DNA of 64,000 bases from Chrysomallon squamiferum (lineage: Eukaryota; Animalia; Mollusca). The notes beneath the pieces were generated by a model that was given only the letters and a program-made list of their open reading frames with translations, was not told the DNA's origin and searched no databases. Positions 11,259 through 24,964 of this stretch are shown piece by piece. The stretch lies in contig CM022669.1 of assembly GCA_012295275.1 (NCBI GenBank), positions 17,732,001 to 17,796,000 on the forward strand, given 5' to 3'. Position numbers and translations under genes: made by a program. Within the stretch, counting starts at the first letter, position 1, and every line of letters begins with the position of its first letter.

Positions 11259-13009
11259 TTGTTTTGTTTTCTTGTCTTTGTTTAACTGTAGTTATAATTA
11301 CAAGAAATGTAAGACAGAAATGGAAGTGTTTATTTTATAACAAAACAATGACAAAATAAAAAATGCATGTACTTACAAATTCAGTTTAATATTTCCATTG
11401 AATATGTGGTATATTTTTTTGTATTTATTCCTTGGCCTTTATTATGAACATATATTTTCAGTTTTACAAAAGACACGAAACATGAAATGATAAATTCACT
11501 GATATAAACATTTGAATATTAATTAAACGTATCCGTACATACATAACATTATTTTCAAATAAGTACGCACGCATCCACGCACACTCGTGATAATTATTAA
11601 AATAATAAAGCTTATATTAAATCATTTATGAATTTACAACGCAGAGATGCATATTAGTGTTCATATATAAATAAGAAATTATATTTACCAAAAAACAAAA
11701 TTATTTAGGTACAAGAAAACGGGGGAAAAAAAGTGTTTCTTGTGACCATAGTATCTATATTATTTGACCCGTAATTCAGATGGTTTAATACTTGTTGTTG
11801 TTTTGCTAACGAAAACCGTTTGACTTTTCGAAAATTCCAAAAAATAAATAAACAAATAAATAAATAAATAATAATAATTAAATACAAAATACAAAAATAA
11901 GTAAGAAAGTAAGTAAATAAATAAATAAATAGAAATAATGAAAAAAGTAAATAAATAAAAACTTTAAGCGTACGGGCTTTTAATATTAAGAAAGAGACAA
12001 GAAGATTTTTTTTTCCTCTCAGTTTAGATCTTTAAACGAAAATATACGAATACTTTTAACAATTTCCTATTATTTACTCATTAGCTATACAATTCACGGC
12101 TTTAACGCAAATCTGATATTTAAAATCTACTCCTACCGGGTCTACTCCTACGTAAAATTATTACTATAAATAGAACTATGGAAATACAACATAATGTGTT
12201 TTTTTTAAAAAGTGTTAGGTTTTTTTTTTTTACTGCAGGTTGTTAGAAAAACTTACAAGGGCTAGCAGTTACCCATCTATCCCGTACGCTTATATAAAAT
12301 GAACAAAAATTACATTCTCTCAAACCGTATGACTCGAAATTGCAATACAATTTTGTAGTATACAACACATTTATGAGCACATAATAATAAAATCAAATAA
12401 AAAAGGTAAATGAAATATACATCAGCACTTATTGTTCTTTTAACCGTCAGTGGAACTGATAACCAGTAATAATATATATATATACTGAAAAATGAAAATC
12501 GTGCAGTTCGACTAGATTGCAAATATCGCTTGTTGTTGATTTCAGGGATGGTTAGGCTATTTCACTTTAAGAAACAAGAAGTTAAATATTATAAATAATA
12601 AAAATTAAAATTAAAACAATTAAAAATTAAAATATAATAAAAACAATTAACATAAATATAAAAGAAAATAAAGAAAAACGAGAAAGAAAAAACTTACAGA
12701 TAAAAAGTAAAAAAAGAAAACTGCTAATAATAAATAAATAAAAAGTAAATAAGTAAATAAATAAAATAGTAATAGTAATAATAATAATAATAATAAAATA
12801 AAGTATTATTAGGAGTCGACGAAAAATTACTGAAAAACTAAATAAAAAGAAGAAAGAAAAAAGAAGACGAAAAATGAAAAGAAAGACAAAGAAAAGTATT
12901 AATAAAACTAAAAATTTAACAGCCATTGCTAATTTTGAAAAATGTTTCAAATTCTCAGTGTATAAAGTGAGGTTTCGTTTTAAAAATGGCGTGTTGCAGA
13001 TTTCTGTTT

Positions 13010-13134
13010 TCACACAGAAGATTTCCGAGAATTCATTCTCCTACAAGTCAAACAGCACCTCATTCTGAAGTCTCGCAGCCGACACATCTTCAGCATGCCG
13101 ACAATGCTGCAGTAACGCGATTGGTCCACACAAG
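13010..13134 (-). CDS. madd-4: ADAMTS-like (punctin/MADD-4-like) last exon, PLAC domain
   Basis: ttgcag|; CVDQSRYCSIVGMLKMCRLRDFRMRCCLTCRRMNSRKSSV*, six-Cys PLAC pattern ending CCxxC. Confidence 0.92.
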
Positions 13135-13538
13135 CTGCAACCATGACAACAACAACAACAATAATAATAATGTAATTGCAAAACAACAACAGCAAAAAGA
13201 AAAAAAAAAAATAGAATAAATATGTAAATACATTTATAAATAAATAAAATAATAAAATTGTTATTTTGATTTATTTTTCATTAATAAGCTCCGACCTTTA
13301 TTAGATTTAACAAACTTTAAGTTAACCTGCTATTAAATGTAATGTACTTTGTGTCATGATGATCCAACTGACTTAGTATTGATTAATATGCTGTAAAGTT
13401 TAAAGTTGACTTATTAAATATGTAAAGTTTACGTTTAATAATTAAATATCTAAATTTTAATTTTGACTAATTAAATACCAGAAACTTAAATTTGACTTAA
13501 CAAATTTCAGTAAGATTTAAAGTTTAAATAGTACTCAC

Positions 13539-13686
13539 TATCTGCACAATATCGTGGCCTACAGTATTTTTTGAGTGAAGGTCGTGGTTTTGTTTTACAC
13601 GTTGACCAGGCTGGTAGTCTTGTTTTCTTCCAAATACAAGTGAGAATCCTCGTCTTGAAACCAGTTTTAGCACAGAGCGGGCGGCA
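13539..13686 (-). CDS. madd-4: ADAMTS-like exon, TSP1 repeat 9
   Basis: tttaag| ... |gtgagt; CRPLCAKTGFKTRILTCIWKKTRLPAWSTCKTKPRPSLKKYCRPRYCAD. Confidence 0.9.
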
Positions 13687-13868
13687 CTTAAACAAAAACC
13701 AGAAACATAAACACTTGATGATATGTGTGTATTTGTGGGTCTTTGCATTTGCTTGTGTGTGTGTGTTTGCGCGTGTTTTAGTGTGTGTGTGTGTGTGTAT
13801 GTATCTCTAGGTACGATGAACTAAAATGATGTCTATTTATTTACATATTTATTTATTTATTTAAATAC

Positions 13869-14051
13869 CTTAGTCCACTTGGACGTTTTCCAGATAGACA
13901 TACAATCCAGGTTAACACACTCCTGTTTGTGATGTGGTCTCTCCTCCTGGTTACAAACTGCCAGTTTAGCAAACGTTCCGTTCTTGTAGACACAGTCAAC
14001 AGCACGCTTCTGTTGGCCAAACCCATCCCGAATACACTGCAGGTCAGAGCA
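13869..14051 (-). CDS. madd-4: ADAMTS-like exon, TSP1 repeat 8
   Basis: gtgtag| ... |gtattt; CSDLQCIRDGFGQQKRAVDCVYKNGTFAKLAVCNQEERPHHKQECVNLDCMSIWKTSKWTK. Confidence 0.9.
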
Positions 14052-14178
14052 CTACACGGGGGAAAAAAAGAGGAACAGTGTCTGTTGTAATATTATTGTT
14101 CTTCAGTTTATATTCTTATTTGCATATATTAATTTAATACATTTAATGTACGTACATACCCATCCATCAGTCCAGGGG

Positions 14179-14268
<90 letters not shown>

Positions 14269-14426
14269 TGTTGATTATACTTAATTATTCTCAGTTACCA
14301 AATTATTCTATTCTGAACAAATACTTTTTATTGGACAATATTCAAGTAACAAAACAAAGTGTAATTCTAGTTTTATGTTAATTTACTAGAATTTTATCTA
14401 TTTTTCAAAATACACATTTCACAAAC

Positions 14427-15272
14427 CGTATTCCATTCTCCCGTTTTCCAGAGAGGACATTCCAAATTGATTGAACACTTTTCAACAAAACGAGGCTTTC
14501 TGAGACCAAGCTTCATGCACTCCCGGTCACCCAGAATCTTCACGTATTTCTCCGTAATCTTTGCACACGTCACGTTTCTCCTCCTGTTTCCGGAACCGCA
14601 CGTGACCGAACAAGGCGACCAATCGCTGGTCGTAAAAACTAACCGCTTCGACATGTTATACTGAGTGTCTCTGACAATACCCTTTTCTGTCGAATTGCCT
14701 TTATTACGACTTCGCAGTGGATGCGGTATCTTTATGTCTTTCGCTATTATGTAGTTTTTCATCTGTTTTGCTTTCCTCCTGGCTTCCAGTTTCGTGTGAA
14801 AATTTATTGTCACGTGAACACTTTCGGATCCAGCGATGCACGTGTACGTGCCAGCATCCGAGCTGGGATTGGCTTTCTGAATTTTGAGATTGCCGCTAAA
14901 TGTCGTTCTGACTCTTCCCGCCATCGGAATCAGTTTGAATCCTTTGCTCCAGAATATGAGTTTTCTGTGAAAATTCTTTACCAGACATCTTATAGTCAAA
15001 GACTGGCCTGGAAGAAGGATTAGTCGGCCACCAACATTTAACTTTACTTTCTTTGATCTTTTGAACTGGATGAATGTGTAATTCTCGGACTTGATAAACG
15101 GGGCCGCTTGCGGTAACTCGAAACAGTCGTTGAGATGGTGACAACGACGTGACGTCATAGGTTTGGGACCGAGGCATTCGGTGTCTGACACCGTCACCTG
15201 GCGTCCCCTGACAGGGGATTTGACGCAGTATGCTTGTCTTGTCTGTACTCCTGGCCCACAGGTTCCAGAACA
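14427..15272 (-). CDS. madd-4: ADAMTS-like large exon: TSP1 repeat 6, Ig-like domain, TSP1 repeat 7
   Basis: ttttcag| ... |gtttgt; 282 codons: CSGTCGPGVQTRQAYC..., Ig motifs LTIRC..IFWSK..GNLKI..DAGTYTC, then SDWSPCSVTCGSGNRRRNVTC. Confidence 0.95.
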
Positions 15273-15621
15273 CTGAAAAAAAAGTATATATATTAGTTTA
15301 CTATATAATCGTCGTACATCCTACACATTAATATTTTAAAGTATATAGCACTCTCTAGCAACAGAGCGAATTTCACTGTTATCAAAACGATTCTTAAACT
15401 GAGGTATATTAGTCGACATCTTTTAATAAACGACAGTTAAATACTACTAAATACACAAATGACTGAACAAACAAATAATGAAAGAAACAAATAAATGAAT
15501 CAATATATATGTCTATATATATATATATATATAAACAAGTGAATGAATAAACGAACGAACGAACAAACAAACAAACTAAATTGATTGATAAAGATCAGTC
15601 AGACTAGGTATGTGTGTTTAC

Positions 15622-15826
15622 CTGTGACCAGTTTCGTGTCATCCACTTAGCTGGACAGAAATGGGTGTTGCAGCTTCGTTCTGAGATAGGGATGGGGTCG
15701 GGACACCTGTAGTCTTCTAGAACCTCCGTGACACCGACACGGACGTCTCTAACACACTCAACCGTTCTCCTCTGAATACCCCCGTCACACTCTGACGTGC
15801 AGGGGCCATAATCTGCTGTTCTCCAC
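15622..15826 (-). CDS. madd-4: ADAMTS-like exon, TSP1 repeat 5
   Basis: tttcag| ... |gtaaac; WRTADYGPCTSECDGGIQRRTVECVR...CNTHFCPAKWMTRNWSQ. Confidence 0.93.
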
Positions 15827-16329
15827 CTGAAACAAATAAAACAAACAGCAAATACACGTCTTGCACTAACTGATTCTCCTGGATAAGAGTTTTATATCAG
15901 TTAATAATGTTTCCAAACTGATGACTATATCGAGATTAATTAACAAGGCTGACAAATTAATGATGTCTCGTGAACATTACCCCCATCATTTTAATATGTG
16001 CAGGGTCAATATTCAGCTATTCACACATATTCACAAAAGCAATGCAGGTGTCTTATTGACGGGTCCATTACATAATATAAATATATAAATTATATAAGTT
16101 TGTCAGGTCAGTTAACAATGCTTTCAAATTAATGACTATATCGTGATCATTCCTAATACATTTACATTGCCAAAAACAGACGCTCATTTGTTAAGCTGTC
16201 ATTGAATATTAATTTATTTGGAATAAAGAATTCTCATAATACCTGTGTAATTTCTAAGAATGAAAGAATAATTTCGACTCTGACAGTAAAGGTATGAAAA
16301 TTTATTATATCCAGGTCTTGCTATTGTAT

Positions 16330-16612
16330 GAACTATATAGAGAAAATTTTACTGAAGATAATGGAAAATAAATTTAAGGGAGGTAACATTTTGGAAGATG
16401 ACTTCATGACGGATATCCAAATTAAAAGTAATTTCATGGAAGATAATTGTATGGAAAATAACTAAGGAAGATAAACTTACAGAAGATATCCAAATTACAT
16501 GTTATTTTATGGAAGATAATTATATGGATGGAAAACAACTTTAAGGAAGATAACTTTTATAAAAGATATCTGAACTGGAGATAATTGTAAAGATTTCATG
16601 GAAGTTAACTCT
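16330..16612. repeat. Degenerate ~20-bp minisatellite
   Basis: More than ten variants of ggaagataa(c/t)tt. Confidence 0.7.
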
Positions 16613-16649
16613 TGTTTGATAAAACGGCAAGGAACATAACTCTTTTTAC

Positions 16650-16779
16650 CTAGGCGGACATGGAATGTCGTTGCAGACTTGAACCTTTGTGGCAGGTTTT
16701 AACGAGTTGCTGCAGTATGCTGGGCTGACTATCGAACAGTCGACCTCTCGAACGCACTCCAGTCTGGTTCTCTGGTAAC
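16650..16779 (-). CDS. madd-4: ADAMTS-like exon, TSP1 repeat 4 second half
   Basis: ttttcag| ... |gtaaaa; GYQRTRLECVREVDCSIVSPAYCSNSLKPATKVQVCNDIPCPPR. Confidence 0.92.
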
Positions 16780-16946
16780 CTGAAAACAACATAATTACAT
16801 CTGTTAGTAAAAAACATTAATTACCTTCACTTTTCCGTAACTCTATGTTAGTGGATCCACGGAGAGGCTGGCAAAGAGTTTACACTTTAATTTTTATTTA
16901 TTATTTGTAGTAGTAGTAGTTGTAGCAGTAGTAGTAGTAGTAGTAG

Positions 16947-16980
<34 letters not shown>

Positions 16981-17085
16981 GTTAATGTTGTTGTTGTTTT
17001 TGTTGCTGTTATTGTTGTTGTTGTTTATAAAACACCATGATCCTGGTCAGTACAGTCAGTATAATATATGTCATACATAGCTTAC

Positions 17086-17232
17086 CTCCGAGACAGGTTC
17101 GAGAACACTGTGAGAAGTTTCCCAGAATCCATTTGAATTTTTCATCAGTTCCGTATATCTCGTTAAGACTGGAGTCCAGTGGATCATCACATTCCTCCAC
17201 AACGCACACTTCTTTTTCTGCTGGTTTCTGAT
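17086..17232 (-). CDS. madd-4: ADAMTS-like exon, end of TSP1 repeat 3 and start of repeat 4
   Basis: tttttag| ... |gtaagc; DQKPAEKEVCVVEECDDPLDSSLNEIYGTDEKFKWILGNFSQCSRTCLG. Confidence 0.92.
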
Positions 17233-17574
17233 CTAAAAAACAACAACACACACACACGATTTAATGATAAAGTAGCCTTATCAACAAAGAAAATTACTGG
17301 TACATTTCTGGGCTATTGCATTTACAGCATTATATTTCAGCTAATTATTAAATAATATTAATTTATGTGTATATATGTATGTATATATGTGTGTGTACGT
17401 GTCTGTGTATATCTGTCTTTTATTGGGGTTTTTCTCTCTCTCTTACATATATGTGTATAGATATATATAAAATTTATGCACATGAATATATGTGTCTGGA
17501 TCTTTCTAACAATTTAAAGAATATTTGATTGTTAAACATATATATTAAAAAATTAGTTTAGAATAAATGCGTAC

Positions 17575-17705
17575 CACGACATTCCGACTCTGGCAGCGTC
17601 CACTCGACGTCTCTGAACTGAAGATACGTCTTACACAACACCTGTCTGCTGCGTTCACCTTTACCACAGGTAACACTGCACGTGCTCCAGTCACCCGTTA
17701 CATAC
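17575..17705 (-). CDS. madd-4: ADAMTS-like exon, TSP1 repeat 3
   Basis: acacag| ... |gtacgc; YVTGDWSTCSVTCGKGERSRQVLCKTYLQFRDVEWTLPESECR. Confidence 0.93.
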
Positions 17706-18102
17706 CTGTGTAGACATAAACGTGATATTAAGTCATAAAAATATAACTTAAAATATTATGGTTTCTAAGAAAAAAATTAAGCAAAGAATGTTAGAAATAA
17801 AAGAAAAAGAAGAAAGAAACAAGAAAGTTATCGAGAAAAAGCAAAACAAAGAGAGAAAGTGAGAAAGAAAGAAAGAAAGAAAAAATGAAATTCTAAATAT
17901 ATCATGAACACACAAAAAAGTATCTTTAATGTCACCATGTTGAAAATATGCCAAACAAAAGCAGATCCTTCTTTTTTTACCTCATACATTGCGAAACAAA
18001 ATTAGTATCTATTAATCTTTATAAAACACTCACAAGCACGCAAGCACAAGCATACGCACGCATATCAAACTCTTTCTATTGTAATATGATGTAAATGGAT
18101 AC

Positions 18103-18184
18103 CTCGGTTCAATTGGTTGTCCGTCCAGCGTCTGTCTGCTCTTTTTTGAATTACTAGGTGGTGGAACGTAACCTGGTGTGTAGT
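18103..18184 (-). CDS. madd-4: ADAMTS-like linker exon
   Basis: ttttgtag| ... |gtatcc; DYTPGYVPPPSNSKKSRQTLDGQPIEPR; phase 1 in and phase 2 out exactly bridges the neighbouring exons. Confidence 0.85.
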
Positions 18185-18344
18185 CTACAAAATAAACGAA
18201 ATTTCTAACACATTACTGATGAGAATTGTCATTACAAAGGTTCTTAGGGGCGGACTATAGTTACGTTTTTCTTTTCCTAACTGAAAAAATATATTAAAGA
18301 TTCTTTACTTCTTACAAATAATCATTATTATAATTCTTGTTGCG

Positions 18345-18372
18345 GTGGTCGTGGTCGTGGTCGTGGTCGTGG

Positions 18373-18455
<83 letters not shown>

Positions 18456-18505
18456 ATTGTTGTTATTGTTGTTGTTGTTGTTGTTCTTCTTCTTCTTCTT
18501 CTTCT
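18345..18505. repeat. Compound microsatellite (TGGTCG)n(TTG)n(TTC)n
   Basis: Direct reading. Confidence 0.95.
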
Positions 18506-18716
18506 TGTTTTGTGAGTTGCTTATATTATTATTATTATAGACATCGTCGCTGTTGTATTATTATTGTTGTTGTTGCGTTCTTATTAATTTTACTATCATA
18601 ATCATCATCATTATTATTACTTTTACTGTTATTGTTGTTCATATTATTATTATTATTATTATTATTATTACTTTAACTGAAGTTAACACGCTATTAATAA
18701 ACATAAAACATCTCAC

Positions 18717-18864
18717 CTTGTACACTGTTTGTGACGTCACAGCTGACGTCTGTCCAACATGGCTGCTCCGACAGAGGTTTATGATCAGCAGAACAATCAG
18801 GATCAAAAAGACTTGTACAGATTACCTCCCTTTTCTGAACGCCATAACCACATGTAGTGGAACA
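18717..18864 (-). CDS. madd-4: ADAMTS-like exon, TSP1 repeat 2
   Basis: ttccag| ... |gtgaga; CSTTCGYGVQKREVICTSLFDPDCSADHKPLSEQPCWTDVSCDVTNSVQ. Confidence 0.93.
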
Positions 18865-18902
18865 CTGGAAGAATAGGGAACAAAAATATTTTAGAGCATG
18901 GA

Positions 18903-19014
<112 letters not shown>

Positions 19015-19620
19015 GAGAGAGAGAGAGAGAGAAATAAGGAAGAAGTTGAAGACAAAAAATGCACAAAAACACAGATAAGAAGATAGAAAAACAGAAAGTA
19101 AGAGAGACAAAAGCAGATACAGAAAAGGACAGAGAATGATAGGAAAGACAGACATAAAGAAAGAGTGAAGAAGAGAAAGATAGGTAGATAGAAAGATAAC
19201 GATAATTAATAGACATAATGACATAGCTATTAGACCGGTTCCGAATAATATCTGTTACGGAGAGAGGCAGATATTTTTAGAATACATATAAACCATTATA
19301 TATATATATACCCTTCCATTACAAATAAAAGCTTTATATTCAGAAAAGCCCGATTTCGTCTCCAAAATTTCAGAGATGTTTACCATTACGAAAATCTACT
19401 CATGTATTTTTAAAATTATTATTACTTTTTTTAATTATTATAATACCTTCTTTTCTTTTTCCTTCCCCTGCTTTTTTCCCTCCCCCTTTTTTTTAAATAC
19501 ATTCTGCTATCTCTGCTATGATTACTATATCACTGACTTTATGACTCAGGTACACAAAAATTGCGTTTCCAAAGAAACACTAAATCTGACATCCAGTCCG
19601 TAAATTCATTACATAAATAT

Positions 19621-19990
<370 letters not shown>

Positions 19991-20833
19991 CCTTCTATTT
20001 ATATTTCTCTTCTTAATACGTTTTTCTCTCTACATTTTTTTCTGCTGTATTCATTCCTCTACCTTTACAAAAAAAAAATTTTTTTTTTCTGTTCTTTTTT
20101 CACCCCCTGTTTCCGTATTTTACTTTTTCGTAACTTCTTTCCTACCACTCTTTACGTGTCTGTGAACACACATATCTACCTACTACACACGTCCACAAAA
20201 AAAACCCACCCAAAAAACATTTTCTGTATATACTCAAAACATAACACCAGATTTACCTGTATCTCAGAAACTCTAAAACAACACGGTTATTAATTTCAGA
20301 ATAACATACGACTTTGAGGAGGTTACAGACTGATAATACATAAAAAAATATAAAATCTACTCCAGCCTATCAAATCTGAACCTGAAGAAGAAAATGTTAC
20401 ATAAACTAGGTCTCGAGTCTTTGGTGCGAATCCAAATTTCAAACTATCACTATGTTTTCCGGTACAAAGATTTGAAATCGTAAAAGATAATTTGAAGTTT
20501 TTAAAAAATACATACATAAGTAAATATTTATTTCATTCAGAGTTTGCAACTTTATTCAACTGGCAATAGTTTATTTTTCTTGAACACCGTCGAGTGATTT
20601 AATAACGTTTGTTTACATATACAGATATGCATATATAAATTTAAACTTTCAAAGATATGGATACATAAAATATATAATACAGCACCTATTCAACTACAGA
20701 ATATAGTATTATACGCACGCAGGACTGTGCATATATGAACACAAAGCAGACACATATAGAAATATAAATCTAAATTCATAATAATATCTGAAAGTATATG
20801 TACATGTGCATACGCGCGTGTACCCCTTTAGAA

Positions 20834-20887
<54 letters not shown>

Positions 20888-21008
20888 GGAGTCTAATTCT
20901 ATTTAGATTTCTCAATTCAGTAAACAACCAAATAATTTGTTCCAGTGCAAGACAAAAAAAAAAGAAAATAACATAATAACATAATAAAATAAATAAATAA
21001 ATAAATAC

Positions 21009-21182
21009 CGGTGACCATGATCCAATATACCAGTTGGGGTAATGTCGTTTCGTAGTGCATTCTGGGAATTCACACTGCAGAATGACGTCATCGGGCCGTG
21101 TCTCATTGTCACAGTATTGATCATCTACGTGCAGGCCGGACGTGACGTCTTTGCAGGAAGCGGAAGTCTTCTGGTATCCTGT
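21009..21182 (-). CDS. madd-4: ADAMTS-like exon, TSP1 repeat 1 second half
   Basis: ctgtttag| ... |gtattt; TGYQKTSASCKDVTSGLHVDDQYCDNETRPDDVILQCEFPECTTKRHYPNWYIGSWSP. Confidence 0.92.
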
Positions 21183-22441
21183 CTAAACAGAAGAGTTTTC
21201 ATGATGATTACGAACAGAACTACTGGTTACAAAATCTTATTATTTAATTAGTCTTTAGAATAGCAGTCCATATATATAACTGACTGGAAAGTTATGCAAA
21301 TGTTCATGTTTATATGTTCGAGATACACACACGCTTATACACGCACGCATACACACACACACAACATCTGCTGCGGCTATTAGTGCTACTACTTCTACTA
21401 CTGTTGATGCTGCTGCTACAAGTGCTACTACTACTACTACTTCAACTGTCACCGCCACTTTAGAGAATGTCTTCATTAATTTTTACTGTTATGCCACTAC
21501 TACAACCACCATCCCTGCTCTTGCAGCCACCACTTCTACTACACCACCACCACCACCATTACTACATACTATTATTACTATAACTACTACTGCGACTTAT
21601 AATGCCGCTACCACTGATGCAGCTTCTACTATCACCTCCAGTACATTAAAGAATTAGACAAAAACACACCAGTTAGCCGCATAAATATTCCTCAAGGTTT
21701 TCACTAAGATAACATTTACTTAGCCCAGTTATACCGTACATTAATTACATTTACAGGGTAGCTATAATCAGACACGCATATGGTACAGCCAGAGACGAGT
21801 AGATTGTGTCAGAACACAAAACAAGATAGTGTCATTTCAAGTACTGAAAGAATGAAAAAACATATTTAAAAAAAATCACTCTAGAGCTCAGTTTCAAACG
21901 CCAGCCCAAGTATAAAATGTCTTCATCAGCTAGAATATCGGGAGGCGTTGAAAAATACGATATGTTTCCTGGCAGTATCTTAGTTCGACTGACAGGTCCC
22001 TCAGTGCAAAGGGTGATAACTCCTGCTATAGCACAGGGTTGTTGTGGTTTTTGGGGGGGGGGAAAGAGGGTTGTGTATTTATTTAGAACTGGGTTTGTAT
22101 TTTGTTATGTAAAAAAAAAGAGTTAAAAAGAGCGCTTCTGCTGTTGTTGTTTTAAACTGAATATTAATAATGTAACATGTTTATTTATTTTATCGTTTAC
22201 TACTACTATTACTGCAACAACAAAAACAACAACTACTGCTATCACTAATACTATTACTACTGATACTGCTACTACTATTACTGCTATTATTACCGCTAGT
22301 ACTGCTACTGTTACTACTACTACTATAGCTACTGCTACTACTACTATTACTACTAAAGCTACTGCTACTGTTATTATTATCATTATTATTATTACTTCTA
22401 CTACGAGCTTAAAAAAAAAGATAAAAAAGGGAAGTACTCAC

Positions 22442-22525
22442 ACTGCACGTGACTGAACAGGGCTCCCACGTGACCTCCCATTGATAATGTTCATTCCTCT
22501 GATCAGCACGAACAGCCAGGAAAAT
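22442..22525 (-). CDS. madd-4: ADAMTS-like exon: end of signal peptide and start of TSP1 repeat 1
   Basis: ttttgtag| ... |gtgagt; IFLAVRADQRNEHYQWEVTWEPCSVTCS; VRA-DQ fits a signal peptidase site. Confidence 0.88.
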
Positions 22526-22531
22526 CTACAA

Positions 22532-22589
<58 letters not shown>

Positions 22590-24912
22590 TAACAATAACA
22601 CAATATCAACAACAATAACAAAAACAACAGCAACAACAACAATAGTCATAATAATGATGATGAACCTGAAGATAATGAGAAGAACAAGAACAACAACAAT
22701 AATAATTATGATGATGATGATGACAATGATCAGATCAAATGATTATGATGATGATTATGACGACGATAACAGTAACAATAAAAACAACAATAATAATTCG
22801 AAGAAGGAGAAACAAATGATTGACTAGAATAGTTTTTAACCTCTAGCAAAACATTTCTGTCCACCGTACAGTATTCTGATTTCATTTCATATTTCCTATT
22901 TGATGACGAATCTGAGTCAACTCTAGCTGTTTTTTATGTTACTTCAAGAAGAATCCTCAGTAGATTCCTGTAGGTTTCAGATAAGTGGTTATTTATTTTA
23001 TATTGACACAAGTGAAGTTTGGCTAATGAAGAGAATCTATACCTTATTAAATACAACTGATATTGTTTTTTCTATTTAAACACACTGTTTTAAAGGTAAT
23101 CAAAATAAAGATTTATTGAAATTGAAAGAATGAAATTGAAGATGTGTTCATAACCTCAAAGTAACAAGTGACGTTACTGAAAGACTGACAATGATAGCGA
23201 ATCGGTTAACACATGAATAGAACAAAATTATAAAATGCATGGTGTACAATGGAAACATTCCTTCGTCGCTAAGATATAATTATTCCTCACTGGACAGATG
23301 TTAACAACGGCTGTATCTATTTCGTAAACTGTACCAAGGCTGACCCATCTTGCACTTCGTAACCGAGTTCCCGGTGTAGCCAGTTTGAAAATACTCTCAG
23401 CAAAATTGCCACGGTATGCACGGCTCAGTATCGGGAATTACACCCCGTAACCTTGAATATTTCTGAAAACAAATTCCGGTGTCCACGTGGGGATAAACGT
23501 TCTCGGCGAAACCTCCAGAGAGTTAATTTATAATCTCTTCAAAGGGATTTCGACAAAGCTAGACACATAAAGGTAAAAAAAAAAATTATTACCTCAACTC
23601 GTCGACGCTAATAGCAGGATACTGATTTGGCAAAATGGCTTGACGCAACAAGGTATTTTACTCAGCTAAAAATGTCTATCAGAAGCCTCGCTTCACACGG
23701 AATTAGGAACATAAAACAGATGACTGCACATGCTTTCCGTGTTCGTGGTGTGCGTAATTACACTCATTAGCAGATGCGGTTTGGATCCAAGGTCGAATTG
23801 TAACTGTGTCATAACATTTTAATGGTTATCGATAAAAAAAAATATAAAAACATTTAAAAATAAATTACAGGAACAGCTCTATATCTACTTTTTCGGTTTA
23901 AATCTTGAGATATTATAGATTTTTGACAATACAACAATGAAAAGTTTGAACAAGCAACATTTATATCAATGTCAATACAAGACTTATCTCTAAATGCAAT
24001 GCATCTGTTACCTCAGGAACTGTTACCACTAATCCTATTGATATTGCTGCTTCTGCTACTACTACCTTATCAATAACGAACAACAACAACAACAACAACA
24101 CGAATTGTTTTCAATACTTCATAAATATTCTATGACAAATTCAGAAAAGCAATGAAATTGTAAAAGAAGAAGATAAAATTTAGACTGGTTAAATTGCACG
24201 GCATTAGTTTCACGCCTCAGCTAAAATTTGAATTTAAAACATTAAAGATAATAAACATGAACACAGATATAGCGAAAATTTAATCATAGTTTGTATCATT
24301 GTATGAATGTTTCATTTGTCAGAATCGTAATAAATATCTGTCTCGCCTATTTATAATTACATAATCAGAATGGCACTATCTTTACCTTATAAATGTCGCA
24401 TAACAAACCTTGAATAAAAAATAAATAAAAAATAAAAAATTATTTACCTTGATGATAATACGCAATGAAAGATAAAGAAAAATAATAACCTTGAAAACGT
24501 AACACAAAATTTGTACAATAAATTCAAATTCCTAACCGATTCAGTTTCGCAAGGAGATCTTTTCTTCAGGTTCAGAACAAAGTACATTTCTTTTTTTTCC
24601 CTTTTCTTAGTGATCTCTAACCTTTTCAGCAAAACATTTTAAATATTTAGAAAAAAAAAAATGTATTAATATATACATTTGTCATTTTATGTGCTATTGG
24701 TACACGGTTCTTCAGTAGTGAAAATGTTGGGAATCACTGCTAGATATCCAAACATTTTGTTGTGGGCGTTCAATCTATGTATCACAGTTTTTATCACAAG
24801 ATAATGTGTGATCAATTAAACTGCAGTTCTTACAAAGAGTTTGCACATTTCCCTGGCTATACCAGACCCTAAAAGTTAAGGCTTAGTATAGATTTTTTTA
24901 ACTTTTTTTTTT

Positions 24913-24964
<52 letters not shown>

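Noticed and set aside
21835-22030. Possible extra exon between ADAMTSL exons 22442 and 21182
   Set aside because: Weak acceptor, stop after about 31 codons in the required phase 0, and no domain similarity
23593-23732. Donor-like gag|gtaat with upstream ATGs as another first exon
   Set aside because: In-frame stop in phase 0 and no signal-peptide character
24724-24740. hAT/Charlie-like TIR (gttgggaatcactg)
   Set aside because: Single short match with no partner TIR or target-site duplication found
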